This document shows, in pieces, positions 62,732-64,000 of a stretch of DNA of 64,000 nucleotides. Each line of letters starts with the position of its first letter. The first letter of the stretch is position 1. The translations under genes were made by a program, and so were the position numbers. The stretch spans positions 60,574,001 through 60,638,000 of the forward strand of contig OX597833.1 of assembly GCA_951406725.2 (NCBI GenBank), written 5' to 3'. Source of the DNA: Octopus vulgaris. Taxonomy: Eukaryota. The notes under the pieces were generated by a model that was given only the letters and a program-made list of their open reading frames with translations, was not told the origin of the DNA and made no database searches.

Positions 62732-64000
62732 TACCAAATAATTGTCACATATTACATTTACAGATCAATTCCTCTATTTACATAATATCGAGGTCTCTTT
62801 CATTCTTTCAGAGATACAATATCTCTGTATTTTATTGTCTTTATGATATCACTCTGTGATATTACACTACACGGTGTATTATTTGTATTACTATGACACC
62901 TTCATATTGAAATATCTATCATTGACACATGTATTACATCGTACCATATATCACACCACTTCTTCACCACTACCATCACCACCATCACCACCACCACCAT
63001 CATCATCACCATCATCAAAGCTGTAATTACACCACCATTGTATATGTGAGACAGTAGACCTGTGACGTTGTGTGGCCTCATGGGTAAGGCTTTGGGCTTT
63101 TTGATCACAATGTCATAGGTTCAATTTCTAGACCAGGAAGTATGTGGTGATACTTTAGTATGCAGTCTACCACAATATGTATAGTCAGTGTTGTCTAATG
63201 ATCTGATCTGGGTTAGGATTAAGGTTAACATTTAGGGTTAGTACTAGGGTTGTGGTTAAGTTAGGATTTGGGGTTGTGGTTAGTTAGACTGCACACTAAA
63301 GTATAATTAGCCAGGTACACTGCATGCTAAGGTGTAAATGGCCAGGTAGACTGCATGCTAAAGTGACACCAAGTAGGTTATGTCCTGGAGCAAGGCACCT
63401 CGTTTCATGTTACCCCAGTCTAATCAGCTGACATAAGTACCAGCTGGATGCTGGTGTAGCTCTCTCTCTCTCTCTCTCTCTCCCTCCAGCTGTTACATCC
63501 ACACTGTTCTGATGGGTTGAGGATGTGAGGGTGAGAGGATATCTATGCCTGCTCACAACTTCACAGGCCCCTAAAACAGCTAGCATTAGCTTGATACAAA
63601 CAACTGACAACTGTGGTTGGTTTATATCTGGGGGACAGTCCTAGTTGTTCACCGTGTCTAGCTACCACCATACTATGTACCTATTTCTTTACTACCCACA
63701 AGGGGCTAAACACAGAGGGGACAAACAAGGACAGACAAACGGATTAAGTCGATTACATCAACCCCAGTGCATAACTGGTACTTAATTTATCGACCTCGAA
63801 AGGATGAAAGGCAAAGTTGACCTTGGCGGAATTTGAACTCAGAACGTAGCAACAGACGAAATACCGCTAAGCATTTTGCCCGGCGTGCTAACGTTTCTGC
63901 CAGCTCGCCACCTTAATATGTACCATACAGGGGTCTACACTATGGCCCCTACAAAGTCGAGGAGATATATATCTGTGTCTCGGCTCTTGATGTTCTGCAT

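Noticed and set aside
63205-63285. TTAGGG-like tract as a telomere or fusion relic
   Set aside because: Only a few degenerate hexamers, enclosed by the inverted repeats of a small element.

Overview
AT-rich, repeat-dense animal genomic DNA. The SINE and microsatellite landscape suggests an octopus, but that is inferred from repeat style and is not proven. Two spliced genes sit head-to-head. On the minus strand is the 5' end of coatomer subunit delta (ARCN1/delta-COP): an ATG-only coding exon at 19318-19320 and exon 2 at 3422-3461 (M|VLLAAAVCNKSGK). On the plus strand are 14 coding exons of TBC1D23 (26578-61231, 542 codons, every GT-AG phase checked by hand, C-terminal exons not found in the window). 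Almost all listed ORFs are artefacts of microsatellites or repeats. The rest is at least five SINE families, piggyBac-, hAT- and Helitron-type non-autonomous elements, and remnants of CR1-like, RTE, R4/Dong-like and Tc1/mariner elements. The most notable signals are: (1) inverted-repeat elements carrying minimal hammerhead ribozymes, several apparently with a non-canonical CCGANGA core and a shared CTC-N-GAG stem III; (2) a ~300-bp element with three CUGANGA boxes and interlocking stems, present twice in opposite orientation around TBC1D23 exon 2; (3) a SINE repeatedly inserted as head+unit+unit with the same AG|GT junction; (4) a same-orientation SINE pile-up in (AAT)n between the two promoters.
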